From positions 96,001 to 160,000 of the forward strand of contig CBDDFZ010000002.1 of the NCBI GenBank assembly GCA_965227515.1: a stretch of DNA of 64,000 nt, given 5' to 3'. Positions 1 through 9,261 of the stretch are shown piece after piece. The first letter of the stretch is position 1. The number at the start of each line of letters is the position of its first letter. This DNA comes from Alphaproteobacteria bacterium (GTDB lineage: Bacteria; Pseudomonadota; Alphaproteobacteria; CALKHQ01). Both the position numbers and the translations under genes were made by a program. The notes beneath the pieces were generated by a model. The model saw only the letters and a program-made list of their open reading frames with translations. It made no database searches and had not been told where the DNA came from.

Positions 1-62
1 ACGAACATCACCACCGTGGAGGTGGCGATCATCGCCGCAAATCGGAGATATGAACCCTTCAT
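1..62 (-). CDS. N-terminus of a DUF305-family (CopM-like) protein, runs off the window edge
   Basis: Manual translation from ATG at 62: MKGSYLRFAAMIATSTVVMF, typical N-terminus of DUF305 membrane proteins in copper clusters; GGAAGG RBS upstream. Confidence 0.65.
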   Translation of the reverse strand, partial: MKGSYLRFAAMIATSTVVMF

Positions 63-77
63 GTTGGCTGCCTTCCG

Positions 78-605
78 CTAGACGAACAGCAGAACCGCGG
101 CCATGGCGATCATGCCGAGACCCTCGGTCAGAGTGACGGTGGAGAGCGGCACGCTCAGCACATTGCCCATGCACGGGCAATCGATGTCCAATCCCTTATG
201 CATTGCATTCAGGACGCCCAGCGTGCCGAACCCGAACACGACGATGGTCGCGATGTAGCTGACCGTGGGCTCGAAGAACGACAGATAGGCAAGCCCTAGT
301 GCCAGCTCGATGAATGGGTAAACGTAGCCGTAGGCGTGGACCGGTTGCGCCAGCAGGTCGTACATGGCGAACCCGTCCTTGAAGCCCTCCAGGTCGAACA
401 GCTTCAAGAGCGCAAACACCAGCAGGAACACGCCCATGTAGGCATGCATGAAGGTGCGCATGGTGAAGTCCTGGAAGCCGGCGGAGATCGCCCAGGCGCC
501 CAGACCGGAAACCAGAACCAGGGATATCAGCGGCCAGTAGTCACCGATCGAGGTGCCCCGGCCCTCCTCGCGGACATGTACGCCTTCGCTCATGTGCCCA
601 TCCAT
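78..605 (-). CDS. MauE/DoxX-like heavy-metal-associated membrane protein
   Basis: Several TM segments, F..YDLLA, YPFIEL.LG and DCPCMG motif; start moved to ATG 605 (or 593), downstream of the CueR box. Confidence 0.8.
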   Translation of the reverse strand: MDGHMSEGVHVREEGRGTSIGDYWPLISLVLVSGLGAWAISAGFQDFTMRTFMHAYMGVFLLVFALLKLFDLEGFKDGFAMYDLLAQPVHAYGYVYPFIELALGLAYLSFFEPTVSYIATIVVFGFGTLGVLNAMHKGLDIDCPCMGNVLSVPLSTVTLTEGLGMIAMAAVLLFV

Positions 606-651
606 TTGTTTGGAACTGGAAGGAGAACGAAGCGCAGTGCAGAGCGGTTCC

Positions 652-672
652 ACCTTTCGCCTACTGGAAGGT
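652..672 (-). promoter_or_regulatory. CueR-type operator upstream of the MauE-like/DUF305 genes
   Basis: ACCTTTC-N7-GGAAGGT, one mismatch to ACCTTCC-N7-GGAAGGT; dyad extends to TTCCACCTT...AAGGTGGAA. Confidence 0.75.
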
Positions 673-721
673 GGAATCGCACATTGCCGGCATGCGAGGG
701 ATCGGTTGTCCGTCCAGCCGC

Positions 722-1234
722 TCAGGCACGGTCCAGATGGCGTTCTGGCTGCCCTTGAGTGGCCGGCATGCAATCCAGTCGAACGATCATGGCGGTCAAC
801 ACCTCACATGCATCCCGTACCTGTTGCAGATCGAGCTCGGCTGCGAGCGTGCCGGCGGTTTGGAGTTCCAATGGGCGTAGAGCACCAATCACACGCCGCC
901 CGCTTTCGCTCAGAGTCACGGTCTTGGCACGACGGTCTTCGGGCGCCGACCGCAACTCAACCAGCCCCTGCGTCCGCAGTTCGGCCACAAGGCGCTGGAT
1001 GTACTGACGGCTGACCGAGGGCCGCATCCGCACCATGTCCGCCAGCGTATGCGGCCCCTTCGCGGCGAGATCGTTGAGCAAGCTACGCTTTCCTGGGGTC
1101 AGGCCGTGGGGCGCGTACAACACTTCGGCGGCCGCTGTGAGGCGATGGTAGAGCGGCGGCACCTGCCAGATGATGCGCAACATCGCCTCCGCGGCGTGTT
1201 GATCGCCCGCCGTCGACTGCTCCTTGCCTGCCAT
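722..1234 (-). CDS. MarR-family transcriptional regulator
   Basis: wHTH with VSRQYIQRLVAEL...GLV...DRRAK.V.L; ATG 1234 with GGGGCGG upstream. Confidence 0.85.
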   Translation of the reverse strand: MAGKEQSTAGDQHAAEAMLRIIWQVPPLYHRLTAAAEVLYAPHGLTPGKRSLLNDLAAKGPHTLADMVRMRPSVSRQYIQRLVAELRTQGLVELRSAPEDRRAKTVTLSESGRRVIGALRPLELQTAGTLAAELDLQQVRDACEVLTAMIVRLDCMPATQGQPERHLDRA

Positions 1235-1267
1235 CGCACCGCCCCCTTTGGAATGACATCGAAATTT

Positions 1268-1296
1268 TTGACAACTGGAGTTGACAATATTGCCAA
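1268..1296. promoter_or_regulatory. Overlapping dyads, likely MarR operator / divergent promoter
   Basis: TTGACAAC-TGGA-GTTGACAA (1268-1287) and TTGACAATATTGCCAA (1281-1296) between divergent genes. Confidence 0.6.
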
Positions 1297-1317
1297 GTCG
1301 AGACCACACTCACAAGC

Positions 1318-1785
1318 ATGGTGACCACGGAGGAAGCGCCCGGTATTCGCATCATTCCGCCGCTGCTGTTCCTGGCGGCGCTGGGGGTCGGATTCGGGCT
1401 CGACGCACTGTGGCCAGCTGCAATATTGCCGGATGCGGTGCAATACCCGCTGGGCGCTGTGCTGATCGCGGCGAGTCTTGTCGTGCTGGCGCCGACCCTG
1501 CTGGCCTTCCGCCGCGCTGGCACCCCGTTCGACGTCAGGCGCCGGGCCGAAAGCCTGGTCACCGGCGGGCCGAACCGGTTCTCGCGCAATCCCGGCTACG
1601 TGGCGATGATCGCGACCTGCATCGGCATCGCCATCATGGCCGACCTGGTGTGGGCCCTGCCCTTCCTGGCGCTGGCCACCGTCATCCTCGACCTTGCCGT
1701 GGTGCGGCGGGAGGAGCGGCACCTGGCGGCGCGCTTCGGCGCGGACTATGCGGCCTACCGAAACCGCGTGCGCCGCTGGCTCTGA
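1318..1785 (+). CDS. Isoprenylcysteine carboxylmethyltransferase (ICMT/PEMT) family membrane protein
   Basis: LVTGGP..FSRNP.Y and EE..L..RFG..Y..Y...VRRWL motifs. Confidence 0.88.
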   Translation: MVTTEEAPGIRIIPPLLFLAALGVGFGLDALWPAAILPDAVQYPLGAVLIAASLVVLAPTLLAFRRAGTPFDVRRRAESLVTGGPNRFSRNPGYVAMIATCIGIAIMADLVWALPFLALATVILDLAVVRREERHLAARFGADYAAYRNRVRRWL

Positions 1786-1806
1786 GCCGTTTCCGTCAGT
1801 TGCATC

Positions 1807-1928
1807 TCAGTGGAGCGGCATGCCGCGCGCGATGGCCAGATGATGCGCTTGGTGATGCGCGCCGGTCGCCATCAGCCCAAAGAAGCCCAGCGCCTGGATG
1901 CGGGCCACGTCGGCCGCATCGGCGGCGG
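1807..1928 (-). pseudogene. 3'-end remnant of a paralogue of the 5546-6118 gene
   Basis: 107 bp (1822-1928) align to 5564-5670 with 5 substitutions; encodes AADAADVARIQALGFFGLMATGAHHQAHHLAIARG then MPLH-stop; no 5' part. Confidence 0.85.
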
Positions 1929-2025
1929 CGCCTAAATCGATCGTGCGTTGTGGCGGCCTGGGCCTCGCATATCTTGCTCAAAGCAATGGGTGCCGGCCAA
2001 CCATCGGTCGCCGGCACCCGAAGCT

Positions 2026-2730
2026 TTAGAACATTAGCCGAAGGCCGGTCAGGAGGAAGAACTCGCCCGCCTCGTTGCCGTCTTCCCGGGCCAGCGACGC
2101 CGTTTCGCCGAACGCCCGCTCGTAGTGGACGCCGACGTAGGGTGCCACCGAGCGGTCGATCAGGTCGTAACTGAGCCTGGCGCCCACCTCCAGTTTCGGC
2201 CCCCAGGCGCCGAGTCCGACCTCATGATCGTCGGTCAGCGGCAGGTCGACTTCCAGGGACGGGGTCAGGATCAGGTAGTTGGTGATGAGCGCCTCGTACT
2301 CAGCTTCCATACGCAGAATGGCCTCGTCGGCAACGAGCAGGTCGGCCCCGATGTCGACCCATTGCGGGGCCAGGCCCCGGATTCCGATGAGGCCGTACGC
2401 TCGATCGGGTCCGCTTGGCGCGTCATAGCTCACTCCCGCCGTAATGTCGGCGAAATCCGAGATTGGCATCTGAACCCGCAATTGAGTTTCCAGGGTCTCG
2501 AATTCGTCTTCGTGGGTAGCGAAATTCGCCTCGCTGCCGAGAAAGAGCTTGATCTCGTCGGTGCCGATCAGCGCCTCACCCTCCCAGTAGAGCTGGTCGG
2601 TGTCGTCGCCGAAGCGGTATTCCACCCGGTCGACCTTCACGCCCCAAATCAGTGGCTCTTCCGCCGCATGCGCGACGGCGGGCAGATATGCGGTGGCGGC
2701 GACAGCCGCCAGTGGTGCAAGCCGTGCCAT
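2026..2730 (-). CDS. copB: Copper resistance protein B (CopB/PcoB outer-membrane protein)
   Basis: Signal peptide, GLAPQW, G.RL.Y.I.R..APYVGV and terminal GLRLMF; directly follows CopA-type oxidase. Confidence 0.92.
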   Translation of the reverse strand: MARLAPLAAVAATAYLPAVAHAAEEPLIWGVKVDRVEYRFGDDTDQLYWEGEALIGTDEIKLFLGSEANFATHEDEFETLETQLRVQMPISDFADITAGVSYDAPSGPDRAYGLIGIRGLAPQWVDIGADLLVADEAILRMEAEYEALITNYLILTPSLEVDLPLTDDHEVGLGAWGPKLEVGARLSYDLIDRSVAPYVGVHYERAFGETASLAREDGNEAGEFFLLTGLRLMF

Positions 2731-2733
2731 CGC

Positions 2734-4443
2734 TCAACCTCCGGGTACGTGAGAAACGGAGGTCGGGCTCCCGTCCGGCCCGCCTTCCACGATGACCTCG
2801 CGGAACATGCCCGCGTTCATGTGGTAGCTGAGGTGGCAATGGAACGCCCACCGCCCTGGCGCGTCCACCTCCGTCTCCATCGACAGGGTGGACCCGGGGG
2901 CCACGCTCACCACGTGCTTGGCCGGGTTGGACGCGCCATTGCCCGTGTCCAGGATCGACCACATGCCGTGCAAGTGCATCGGATGCGCCATCATCGTCTC
3001 GTTTACGAAGGTGAATCGGACACGCTCTCCGTACTGCAGGCGGATCGGCTCGGCATCGCTGTACTTGATGCCGTCGAACGACCAGATGTAACGCTCCATG
3101 TTGCCGGTCAGCCGGATGGTGATTTCGCGGGTGGGCGGGCGCTGATCATAGAGCGGCGCCTGCGCGACGAGATCGCGATAGGAGAGCATGCGGCCGCCGC
3201 CGGCTGCCACCGGCGCGAGACCGCTGCCGGCGGCGTAGAACGGGTCTGCCGAGGGCTCCGACGGCATGTCGTGGCCCATTGCGGCATGATCCATGCCATC
3301 CATGGGCCCCTGCATCACCGTCCCGTCCGACATGACGTGGTCACCGCCACCCATTTCCATATCGCCGTGATCCATCCCCTCATGCGCCATGCCCATGTCG
3401 GCCATAGTCAACAGTGGGGGCTCGCGCAGGTCTGGCACCTCGCCTGCCAGGCCCTCGCGCGGTGCAAGCGTGCCTCTGGCAAACGCCGTACGTCCCACTG
3501 ACTCGGCAAATAGGGTGTAGGGGCGATCCTCCTCGGGCCGGACGACCACGTCATAGGTTTCGGCGACCGAGATCCGCAGTTCGTCCACCACCACTGGGCG
3601 AACATTGTTGCCGTCTGCCTGCACCACGGTCATCTGCAGGCCCGGGATGCGGATATCGAAGTATGCCATTGCGGAGGCGTTGATGAACCGGAGCCGAATC
3701 CGCTCACCTGGCGTGAACAGGCCCGTCCAGTTCTGCACCGGGTCCATGCCGTTGATCAGCGGCACGTACCCGTGGACGTCCTCGATGTCCGTTGGCGCCA
3801 TTCGCATTTCACCCCATTCCAACCGATCGGCCAGCGCCGCGTCGAATCCGAGCTCGGTCATTTCGCCGAGAAAGTCGACCAGCGTGCGTTGCTGCCGGTT
3901 GTAGTAGTCCGACATCAGCTTCAAATTCCGCATGACTCGTTCGCCGGAATGCGGATGGGCGTCGGTCAGCAGCACCACATAGTCACGATCAAAGCGGAAC
4001 GGTTCAGACCCGGCGGGCTCGATGACGATGGCGCCATAAGCGCCGTCCGGTTCCTGAAGGCCGCTGTGACTGTGGTACCAGTACGTGCCGGCCTGAACGA
4101 TGGGGAAGCGATAGGTGAAGGTTTCGCCGGGTGCGATGCCGGGAAAGCTGATACCCGGCACACCGTCCTGGTTTGGCGGCAGTATCAATCCGTGCCAGTG
4201 GATCGAGGTGTCTTCGCTGAGGGTGTTGGTGACATTGATCGTCACTTCCTCACCCTCGGTGAATCGTAGCACCGGGCCGGGGCTGGCGCCGTTGAAGCCA
4301 ATGCCGGTGCGCTGGAAGGCTTCGGTGGTGATGGGAACATAGCCCACGGTGAGGTCGATTTCGGCGCCGCTTGCCGGCAGCATCGCGGCTAGCAAGGCGC
4401 CGAGGCCGAGCAGGCACGCGGGCACAACGGGATGGCGTTGCAT
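2734..4443 (-). CDS. copA: CopA/PcoA-family multicopper oxidase
   Basis: HWHG, WYHSH, HPMHLHG, HCHLSYHM copper sites; Met/His-rich linker; ATG 4443 with GGAG RBS; no twin-arginine motif obvious. Confidence 0.95.
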   Translation of the reverse strand: MQRHPVVPACLLGLGALLAAMLPASGAEIDLTVGYVPITTEAFQRTGIGFNGASPGPVLRFTEGEEVTINVTNTLSEDTSIHWHGLILPPNQDGVPGISFPGIAPGETFTYRFPIVQAGTYWYHSHSGLQEPDGAYGAIVIEPAGSEPFRFDRDYVVLLTDAHPHSGERVMRNLKLMSDYYNRQQRTLVDFLGEMTELGFDAALADRLEWGEMRMAPTDIEDVHGYVPLINGMDPVQNWTGLFTPGERIRLRFINASAMAYFDIRIPGLQMTVVQADGNNVRPVVVDELRISVAETYDVVVRPEEDRPYTLFAESVGRTAFARGTLAPREGLAGEVPDLREPPLLTMADMGMAHEGMDHGDMEMGGGDHVMSDGTVMQGPMDGMDHAAMGHDMPSEPSADPFYAAGSGLAPVAAGGGRMLSYRDLVAQAPLYDQRPPTREITIRLTGNMERYIWSFDGIKYSDAEPIRLQYGERVRFTFVNETMMAHPMHLHGMWSILDTGNGASNPAKHVVSVAPGSTLSMETEVDAPGRWAFHCHLSYHMNAGMFREVIVEGGPDGSPTSVSHVPGG

Positions 4444-4506
4444 CCAGGAATCTCCAGTTATAGTGAGAAGATGCGGCCAGCACGCGGCTGGCCGCAACTC
4501 GACTTG

Positions 4507-5031
4507 TTAGTGCTGAATGTTGACCTGACCGACCATGCCGACCTGATAATGGCCGGGAATGTTGCAGGCGAACTCTAGATCGCCTGAGCCCGAGAAGGTC
4601 CAGGTCAGCTCAGTGGACTGACCGGGCTCCAGCAGGACGCTGTTGGGGTCGTCATGGTCCATCGAGCCGCCATCCATGCCCATCATGTCATGATTGATGC
4701 GATCGACCGCGATCATCCCGTGCTGGACCATGACCATCATCTCAGCCTGATGTTCCACGTGCATGGCGGGCGTGCCAATGTTGAATTCATGCAGTGCTAC
4801 ACCCTGATTAGCGATGACGAATCGGATGGTTTCGCCCTGGCTGACGGAAATCGACTCCGGTTCGAAGTAGTTGTCCTGCAAAACGATTTCGACGGTCCGA
4901 CTGGCAGAAGCGGGGTCGCCCGGCTGGCCGATCTGAGTATTGTTGACGGCATCGGCCTGAGCCACGCTGGCAAGGGTGCCCGCGGCGGCAATCGAGCACG
5001 CGCAAGCAAGGATAGACTTGGCAATAGTCAT
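4507..5031 (-). CDS. Periplasmic cupredoxin (CopI-like)
   Basis: Signal peptide, HEF, FACNIPGHYQVGM type-1 Cu site, Met/His-rich insert. Confidence 0.9.
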   Translation of the reverse strand: MTIAKSILACACSIAAAGTLASVAQADAVNNTQIGQPGDPASASRTVEIVLQDNYFEPESISVSQGETIRFVIANQGVALHEFNIGTPAMHVEHQAEMMVMVQHGMIAVDRINHDMMGMDGGSMDHDDPNSVLLEPGQSTELTWTFSGSGDLEFACNIPGHYQVGMVGQVNIQH

Positions 5032-5038
5032 GGGTATT

Positions 5039-5128
5039 CCTCGTAAGTCTGATGATGTAGCAGAGCACGCCCGTCCGACGGCGAACCGCAGGATGGGGCA
5101 AGTGGGCTGTTACGCCTCAGACTCGAGG
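5039..5128 (-). promoter_or_regulatory. Predicted mRNA hairpin sequestering the cupredoxin RBS
   Basis: On the mRNA, CCUCGAGUCUGA (last codons and stop of leader ORF) pairs with UCAGACU(UA)CGAGG, which contains the GAGG RBS. Confidence 0.7.
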
Positions 5129-5443
5129 AGGTGGCGGACTGACTTCGCTGAACAACTGGTGGCACGCGTTGTCGTCATGACCGGGCGACAACCCGGCCAA
5201 CGAAACGCAGCTTGCGGCAAACGATGCACGCAATGGCATCACGAGCCCGCCTGAACAACGCTCAATCGATATATCGCACGTGGGGCCGGAATCGCCGGTG
5301 TCGCCACGATGATGAAGATCCGCTGCCGACATGGCTGCCGCGACCACGCTGCCGTTACCCGCCATGGCGGGAGTCCCATACGTCGCGATAGCGACGGCGG
5401 TCCAGAACATCAGGGTCAGGGCAAGTCCGAGCAGGCGGTTCAT
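5117..5443 (-). CDS. Small secreted Cys-containing protein with proline-rich C-terminus (CutF/CruR-like leader)
   Basis: 108 aa, N-terminal signal/TM, 4 Cys, ends SPPPPRV; first gene after CueR-like promoter; GAGG RBS. Confidence 0.7.
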   Translation of the reverse strand: MNRLLGLALTLMFWTAVAIATYGTPAMAGNGSVVAAAMSAADLHHRGDTGDSGPTCDISIERCSGGLVMPLRASFAASCVSLAGLSPGHDDNACHQLFSEVSPPPPRV

Positions 5444-5457
5444 TTCGCCTCTATCCG

Positions 5458-5480
5458 GCCCTCCCGTGCTGGAAGGTCAA
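5458..5480 (-). promoter_or_regulatory. CueR-like promoter of leader-cupredoxin-copA-copB
   Basis: Minus strand TTGACCTTCC-AGCACG-GGAGGGC: -35 fused to a perfect half-site; second half degenerate, 6-bp spacer. Confidence 0.6.
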
Positions 5481-5545
5481 TATCAAAAATGAGCTGGATC
5501 ACCAAAAAATCAGCCAGGCGGTCTGTAGGGGCCCATGAGCCAGCG

Positions 5546-6118
5546 CTAGTGCGCGCCCGAACCGCCGCGCGCGATGGCCAGATGATGCGCCTGGTGGTGG
5601 GCGCCTGTCGCCATCAGCCCGAAGAAGCCCAGCGCCTGGATGCGGGCCACGTCGGCCGCATCGGCGGCGGTAACGCGCCAAACGATCCCGCCGTCCGACA
5701 CCTCGGCCTGCGACATCCAGCCGGTCTCGCCAGCCAACACCGGCGCATGGGCGGGCACCATCCGGCCAGCGGCCGCACCGCCGTAGCCGGCGACATCGAT
5801 GCGCATTTCCAGGCCGTCCGCCAGCTTGGCCTCCTGGACCGTCGCCTGCATCAGCATGTCCATATCGGCCAGGTGCGCGGCCAGGGCACCGATGTCGACC
5901 GACGACCAGTCGGTCTGCGGGTCGGTTTCCAAGATCGCCACGATCTCGGCGATGGCGGCAAAGGCGCTCTGCCCCGTTTCGGCCGGCGCACTCGGCCCGG
6001 CACCCATCATCTGAGCATGGTCGCCATGTAGGTGCTCCTGGGCCTTATGCTCCTGAGCATTTGCCGGCCACGCCAGGACGGCGACGATCGCGGGCAGAAC
6101 AGCGGCTGCAATTCTCAT
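5546..6118 (-). CDS. His-rich exported hypothetical protein
   Basis: ATG 6118 with GGAGGAGG RBS; signal peptide; HL.DMD, RMVPAHA and C-terminal GAHHQAHH. Confidence 0.8.
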   Translation of the reverse strand: MRIAAAVLPAIVAVLAWPANAQEHKAQEHLHGDHAQMMGAGPSAPAETGQSAFAAIAEIVAILETDPQTDWSSVDIGALAAHLADMDMLMQATVQEAKLADGLEMRIDVAGYGGAAAGRMVPAHAPVLAGETGWMSQAEVSDGGIVWRVTAADAADVARIQALGFFGLMATGAHHQAHHLAIARGGSGAH

Positions 6119-6172
6119 GAGACCTCCTCCGTGAGCATCATTCGCTTCTACCCGACCGCATCCCCACGCCAT

Positions 6173-6186
6173 ATGATCTGGATCAT
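6173..6186. promoter_or_regulatory. FNR/CRP-like box
   Basis: ATGAT-CTGG-ATCAT dyad (cf. TTGAT-N4-ATCAA) between the divergent Crp/Fnr gene and the His-rich gene. Confidence 0.55.
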
Positions 6187-6796
6187 GTCGGATGTCTTTT
6201 CCGCGATTGAGCTTGCGGTTGGCCCGTCGGGCGTCAGCACGGTGTCGTTGGCCCCGCAACAGGCACTGTTCCGCCAGGACGACCCGACAAGGGGCATGTT
6301 CCTGTTGAGGTCGGGGCGCGTCGACCTGATGCGGCACACGGCATCGGGCATCACCGCGCGCATCCATGCGGCACGCGCCGGCGAGACGTTCGCGGAAGCG
6401 TCGCTATACAGCGACCGCTACCATTGCGATGCGGTGGCGGTGTCGGCCAGCGAAGCGATCCAGTTCCACAAGGCGGCCGTGCTGGCCGCCCTCGCTCGCC
6501 AGCCCGAGCTGGCAAGCGCCATGTCGCATCACCTGGCCGCCTCGTTGCGCGAGACGCGGCGGCGCATCGAGCTGCTGTTCGTGACGCCGTTGTCCGAGCG
6601 CCTCCATCAGCGTCTGGCCGATCACGCCAACAGCGACGGCGCGCTCCCGCCCCATACAACGACAAAGACCATCGCGGAGGAAATCGGCGCCACGCCGGAA
6701 GCCACCTATCGCGCACTTGCGCAACTCGAACGCCAGGGTCGGGTCGAGCGGGTCAGGTGCGGGACAATCAGGCTTCGGGCGATCCCGCGATCCTGA
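6185..6796 (+). CDS. Crp/Fnr-family transcriptional regulator
   Basis: [15 protein letters not shown] cNMP-like domain; C-terminal [23 protein letters not shown]; start uncertain (6173 or 6185). Confidence 0.88.
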   Translation: MSDVFSAIELAVGPSGVSTVSLAPQQALFRQDDPTRGMFLLRSGRVDLMRHTASGITARIHAARAGETFAEASLYSDRYHCDAVAVSASEAIQFHKAAVLAALARQPELASAMSHHLAASLRETRRRIELLFVTPLSERLHQRLADHANSDGALPPHTTTKTIAEEIGATPEATYRALAQLERQGRVERVRCGTIRLRAIPRS

Positions 6797-9098
6797 CCGA
6801 CCTCAGCCTTAGCGCGTTGCCGATCACCGACACCGACGACAGGCTCATGGCGGCGGCGGCCAGCATCGGGGAGAGCATGACCTCGAGGAACGGGTAGAGG
6901 ATGCCGGCGGCGATCGGCACCCCGGCGGCATTGTAGAAAAACGCGAAGAACAGGTTCTGGCGGATATTGCGCATGGTCGCCTGCGCCAGGTGGCGCGCGC
7001 GCAGGATCGCGTTGAGGTCGCCCTTGACCAGAGTGATGCCGGCGCTCTCCACCGCTACGTCGGCGCCGGCCCCCATGGCGATGCCGACATCGGCCGCGGC
7101 CAAAGCCGGCGCGTCGTTTACCCCGTCACCGGCCATGGCGACACCATGTCCATCCGCCTGGAACCGGCTCACCAGGTCCGCCTTGGTCTGCGGGCTTGCC
7201 TCCGCGTGCACTTCGTCGATGCCGAGCGTGCCGGCCACCGCCTCGGCGGTGCGCCGGTTGTCGCCGGTGGCCATCACGATCCGGAGCCCCGCTTCGTGCA
7301 GGGCGGCGATTGCGGCGGGCGTGGTTTCCTTGACTGGGTCGGCCACAGCGAGGATGCCGGCGGCCTTGCCGTCGACACCGACGAACATCGCGGTCTTGCC
7401 CTCGCCGGCCAGTTCCGCCGCGCGCTCCGAGAGCGACCCAAGTTCGACCCCGAGATCATCCATCAGCGCGGCATTGCCAAGCGCCACCTCGCGCCCGTCC
7501 ACCGTACCGCGTACGCCCTTGGCAGTGATCGCCTGGAAGTCATTGGCCGACGATAGGGTCAATTGCCTTTCCTTCGCCCCTGCCAGGATCGCCGCCGCCA
7601 GCGGATGCTCCGAGCCCTGCTCCAATGCGGCGGCCAGTGCCAGCATCTCCCCTTCGTCATCCGAGGCGATAACATCGGTCAGCTTGGGCTTGCCCTCGGT
7701 CAGGGTGCCGGTCTTGTCGACCACCAGCACGTCCACCTTGGCGAACCGCTCCAGCGCCTCGGCATCGCGGATCAGCACGCCGAGCCCGGCACCGCGCCCG
7801 GTCGCCACCATGATCGACATCGGTGTGGCCAGCCCCAGCGCGCACGGGCAGGCGATGATCAGCACGCTAACCGCGGCGATGAGCGCGAACGCGAATGCCG
7901 GCGACGGTCCGAAAATCAGCCACACGACAAAGGCGATGACGGCGATGGCGAGCACCAGCGGCACGAACCAGCCCGCGACCCGGTCGGCCAGCGCCTGGAT
8001 CGGCGCGCGGCTGCGCTGGGCTTTCGCCACGAGGTCGACGATCCGAGCCAGCATGGTATCGGCGCCGACTCGTTCGGCTTGCATGACGAAGCTGCCGGTG
8101 GTGTTGAGCGTGCCGCCGGTGACCGCATCGCCGTCCGCCTTCTCCACCGGCATCGGCTCGCCGGTCAGCATACTCTCGTCGACCGCCGAGCGGCCCTCGA
8201 TCAACACGCCGTCCACCGGCACGCTCTCGCCCGGACGCACGCGCAGACGATCGCCGGCCTGGACTTGGTCCAGCGGCACGTCGATTTCGTCATCGCCCTC
8301 AATGCGGCGGGCGGTCTTTGGAGCAAGGTCCAGCAGGGCCCGGATTGCATCGCCGGTGCGCTCACGCGCGGCGAGCTCTAACACCTGGCCGACCAGCACC
8401 AGGATGATGATGACCGCGGCGGCCTCGAAATAGATCGGCGGGCCGCCATGCCCATCACCCATGTGACCGGGAAAGAGGCCCGGCGCCACCATCGCTACCA
8501 CGCTGAACACATAGGCGGCACCGGTGCCGATGGCGATCAGGGTCCACATGTTGGTGTTGCGGGTGACGATGGAGCGCCATCCGCGGCGGAAGAAGGGTGC
8601 GGCAGCCCACAACACGACGGGCGTTGCCAGCGCGAACTGCAGCCAGCGGGCCACCTCGACGCCAAGCCAGTCGGCGAACGGGATGCCGATGTGGCTGCCC
8701 ATCTCCAGCGCGAACACGCCGATCGCCAGCGGCGCCCCGACCCACAGCCGGCGCCGGAAATCCACCAGCTCGGGATTAGGACCGGCGTCGGCGCTCGGCG
8801 TCATCGGCTCCAGCGCCATGCCGCAGATCGGGCAGTCGCCGGGCGCGTCGCGCACGATCTCCGGGTGCATCGGGCAGGTGTAGCGCGTGCCCGGCGCAGC
8901 GGGAGCCGGCGTCCCCGACGAGCGCTCGCCAGCCTCGAACCGCTCCAGGCACTTGCGCGAGCAGAAGTAGTAAGTCTCTCCTTCGTGCTCTGAGACATGC
9001 TCCGCAGTTGAGGGGTCGACGGTCATGCCGCAGATCGGGTCACGAACCGCGGTTCCCTCAGGATGACTATGGTCGTGGTGATGCGCTTGCACGGACAT
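6768..9098 (-). CDS. copA: Cu(I)/Ag(I)-translocating P1B-type ATPase with YHS and heavy-metal-binding domains
   Basis: DPICGM/YYFCS (YHS), YTCPMHP..CPICGM, TGE, CPCALGL, DKTGT, SEHP, GDGVND, YN and MSLSS; start at ATG 9098 below the CueR promoter. Confidence 0.96.
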   Translation of the reverse strand: MSVQAHHHDHSHPEGTAVRDPICGMTVDPSTAEHVSEHEGETYYFCSRKCLERFEAGERSSGTPAPAAPGTRYTCPMHPEIVRDAPGDCPICGMALEPMTPSADAGPNPELVDFRRRLWVGAPLAIGVFALEMGSHIGIPFADWLGVEVARWLQFALATPVVLWAAAPFFRRGWRSIVTRNTNMWTLIAIGTGAAYVFSVVAMVAPGLFPGHMGDGHGGPPIYFEAAAVIIILVLVGQVLELAARERTGDAIRALLDLAPKTARRIEGDDEIDVPLDQVQAGDRLRVRPGESVPVDGVLIEGRSAVDESMLTGEPMPVEKADGDAVTGGTLNTTGSFVMQAERVGADTMLARIVDLVAKAQRSRAPIQALADRVAGWFVPLVLAIAVIAFVVWLIFGPSPAFAFALIAAVSVLIIACPCALGLATPMSIMVATGRGAGLGVLIRDAEALERFAKVDVLVVDKTGTLTEGKPKLTDVIASDDEGEMLALAAALEQGSEHPLAAAILAGAKERQLTLSSANDFQAITAKGVRGTVDGREVALGNAALMDDLGVELGSLSERAAELAGEGKTAMFVGVDGKAAGILAVADPVKETTPAAIAALHEAGLRIVMATGDNRRTAEAVAGTLGIDEVHAEASPQTKADLVSRFQADGHGVAMAGDGVNDAPALAAADVGIAMGAGADVAVESAGITLVKGDLNAILRARHLAQATMRNIRQNLFFAFFYNAAGVPIAAGILYPFLEVMLSPMLAAAAMSLSSVSVIGNALRLRSVRIAGSPEA

Positions 9099-9147
9099 GG
9101 GCTTGCCCCCAGCCGCGGAGCCGGACAATCCCGCCGCGGTGTGTCCA

Positions 9148-9178
9148 TATATGGAGTTTCCAGTCACTGGAAGCTCAA
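9148..9178 (-). promoter_or_regulatory. CueR-type promoter of the Cu-ATPase
   Basis: TTGAGC-19 bp-CATATA with dyad AGCTTCC-N7-GGAAACT (9155-9175). Confidence 0.85.
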
Positions 9179-9205
9179 GCCAATTCTGAATCGACAATCA
9201 CTGTA

Positions 9206-9236
9206 TTGACATTCCAGCAACCGGAACCCTTATTCT
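9206..9236 (+). promoter_or_regulatory. CueR-type promoter of cueR and downstream operon
   Basis: TTGACA-19 bp-TATTCT with ACATTCC-N7-GGAACCC. Confidence 0.85.
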
Positions 9237-9261
9237 TTGATATGAAGGAGAGTGTGGCTCG

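Noticed and set aside
2125-3501. 458-aa + strand ORF, and similar long antisense ORFs (6967-8433, 32673-34181, 39132-40736, 58007-59371)
   Set aside because: Antisense shadows of well-supported high-GC genes; no motifs of their own
6768-6796. 29-bp convergent overlap of Crp/Fnr and ATPase 3' ends
   Set aside because: Short tail-to-tail overlaps are common; no evidence of function
9099-9197. N-terminal extension of the Cu-ATPase in the ORF track (likewise 606-773 and 13442-13498)
   Set aside because: Extensions overlap or start within the CueR promoters; downstream ATGs give typical N-termini
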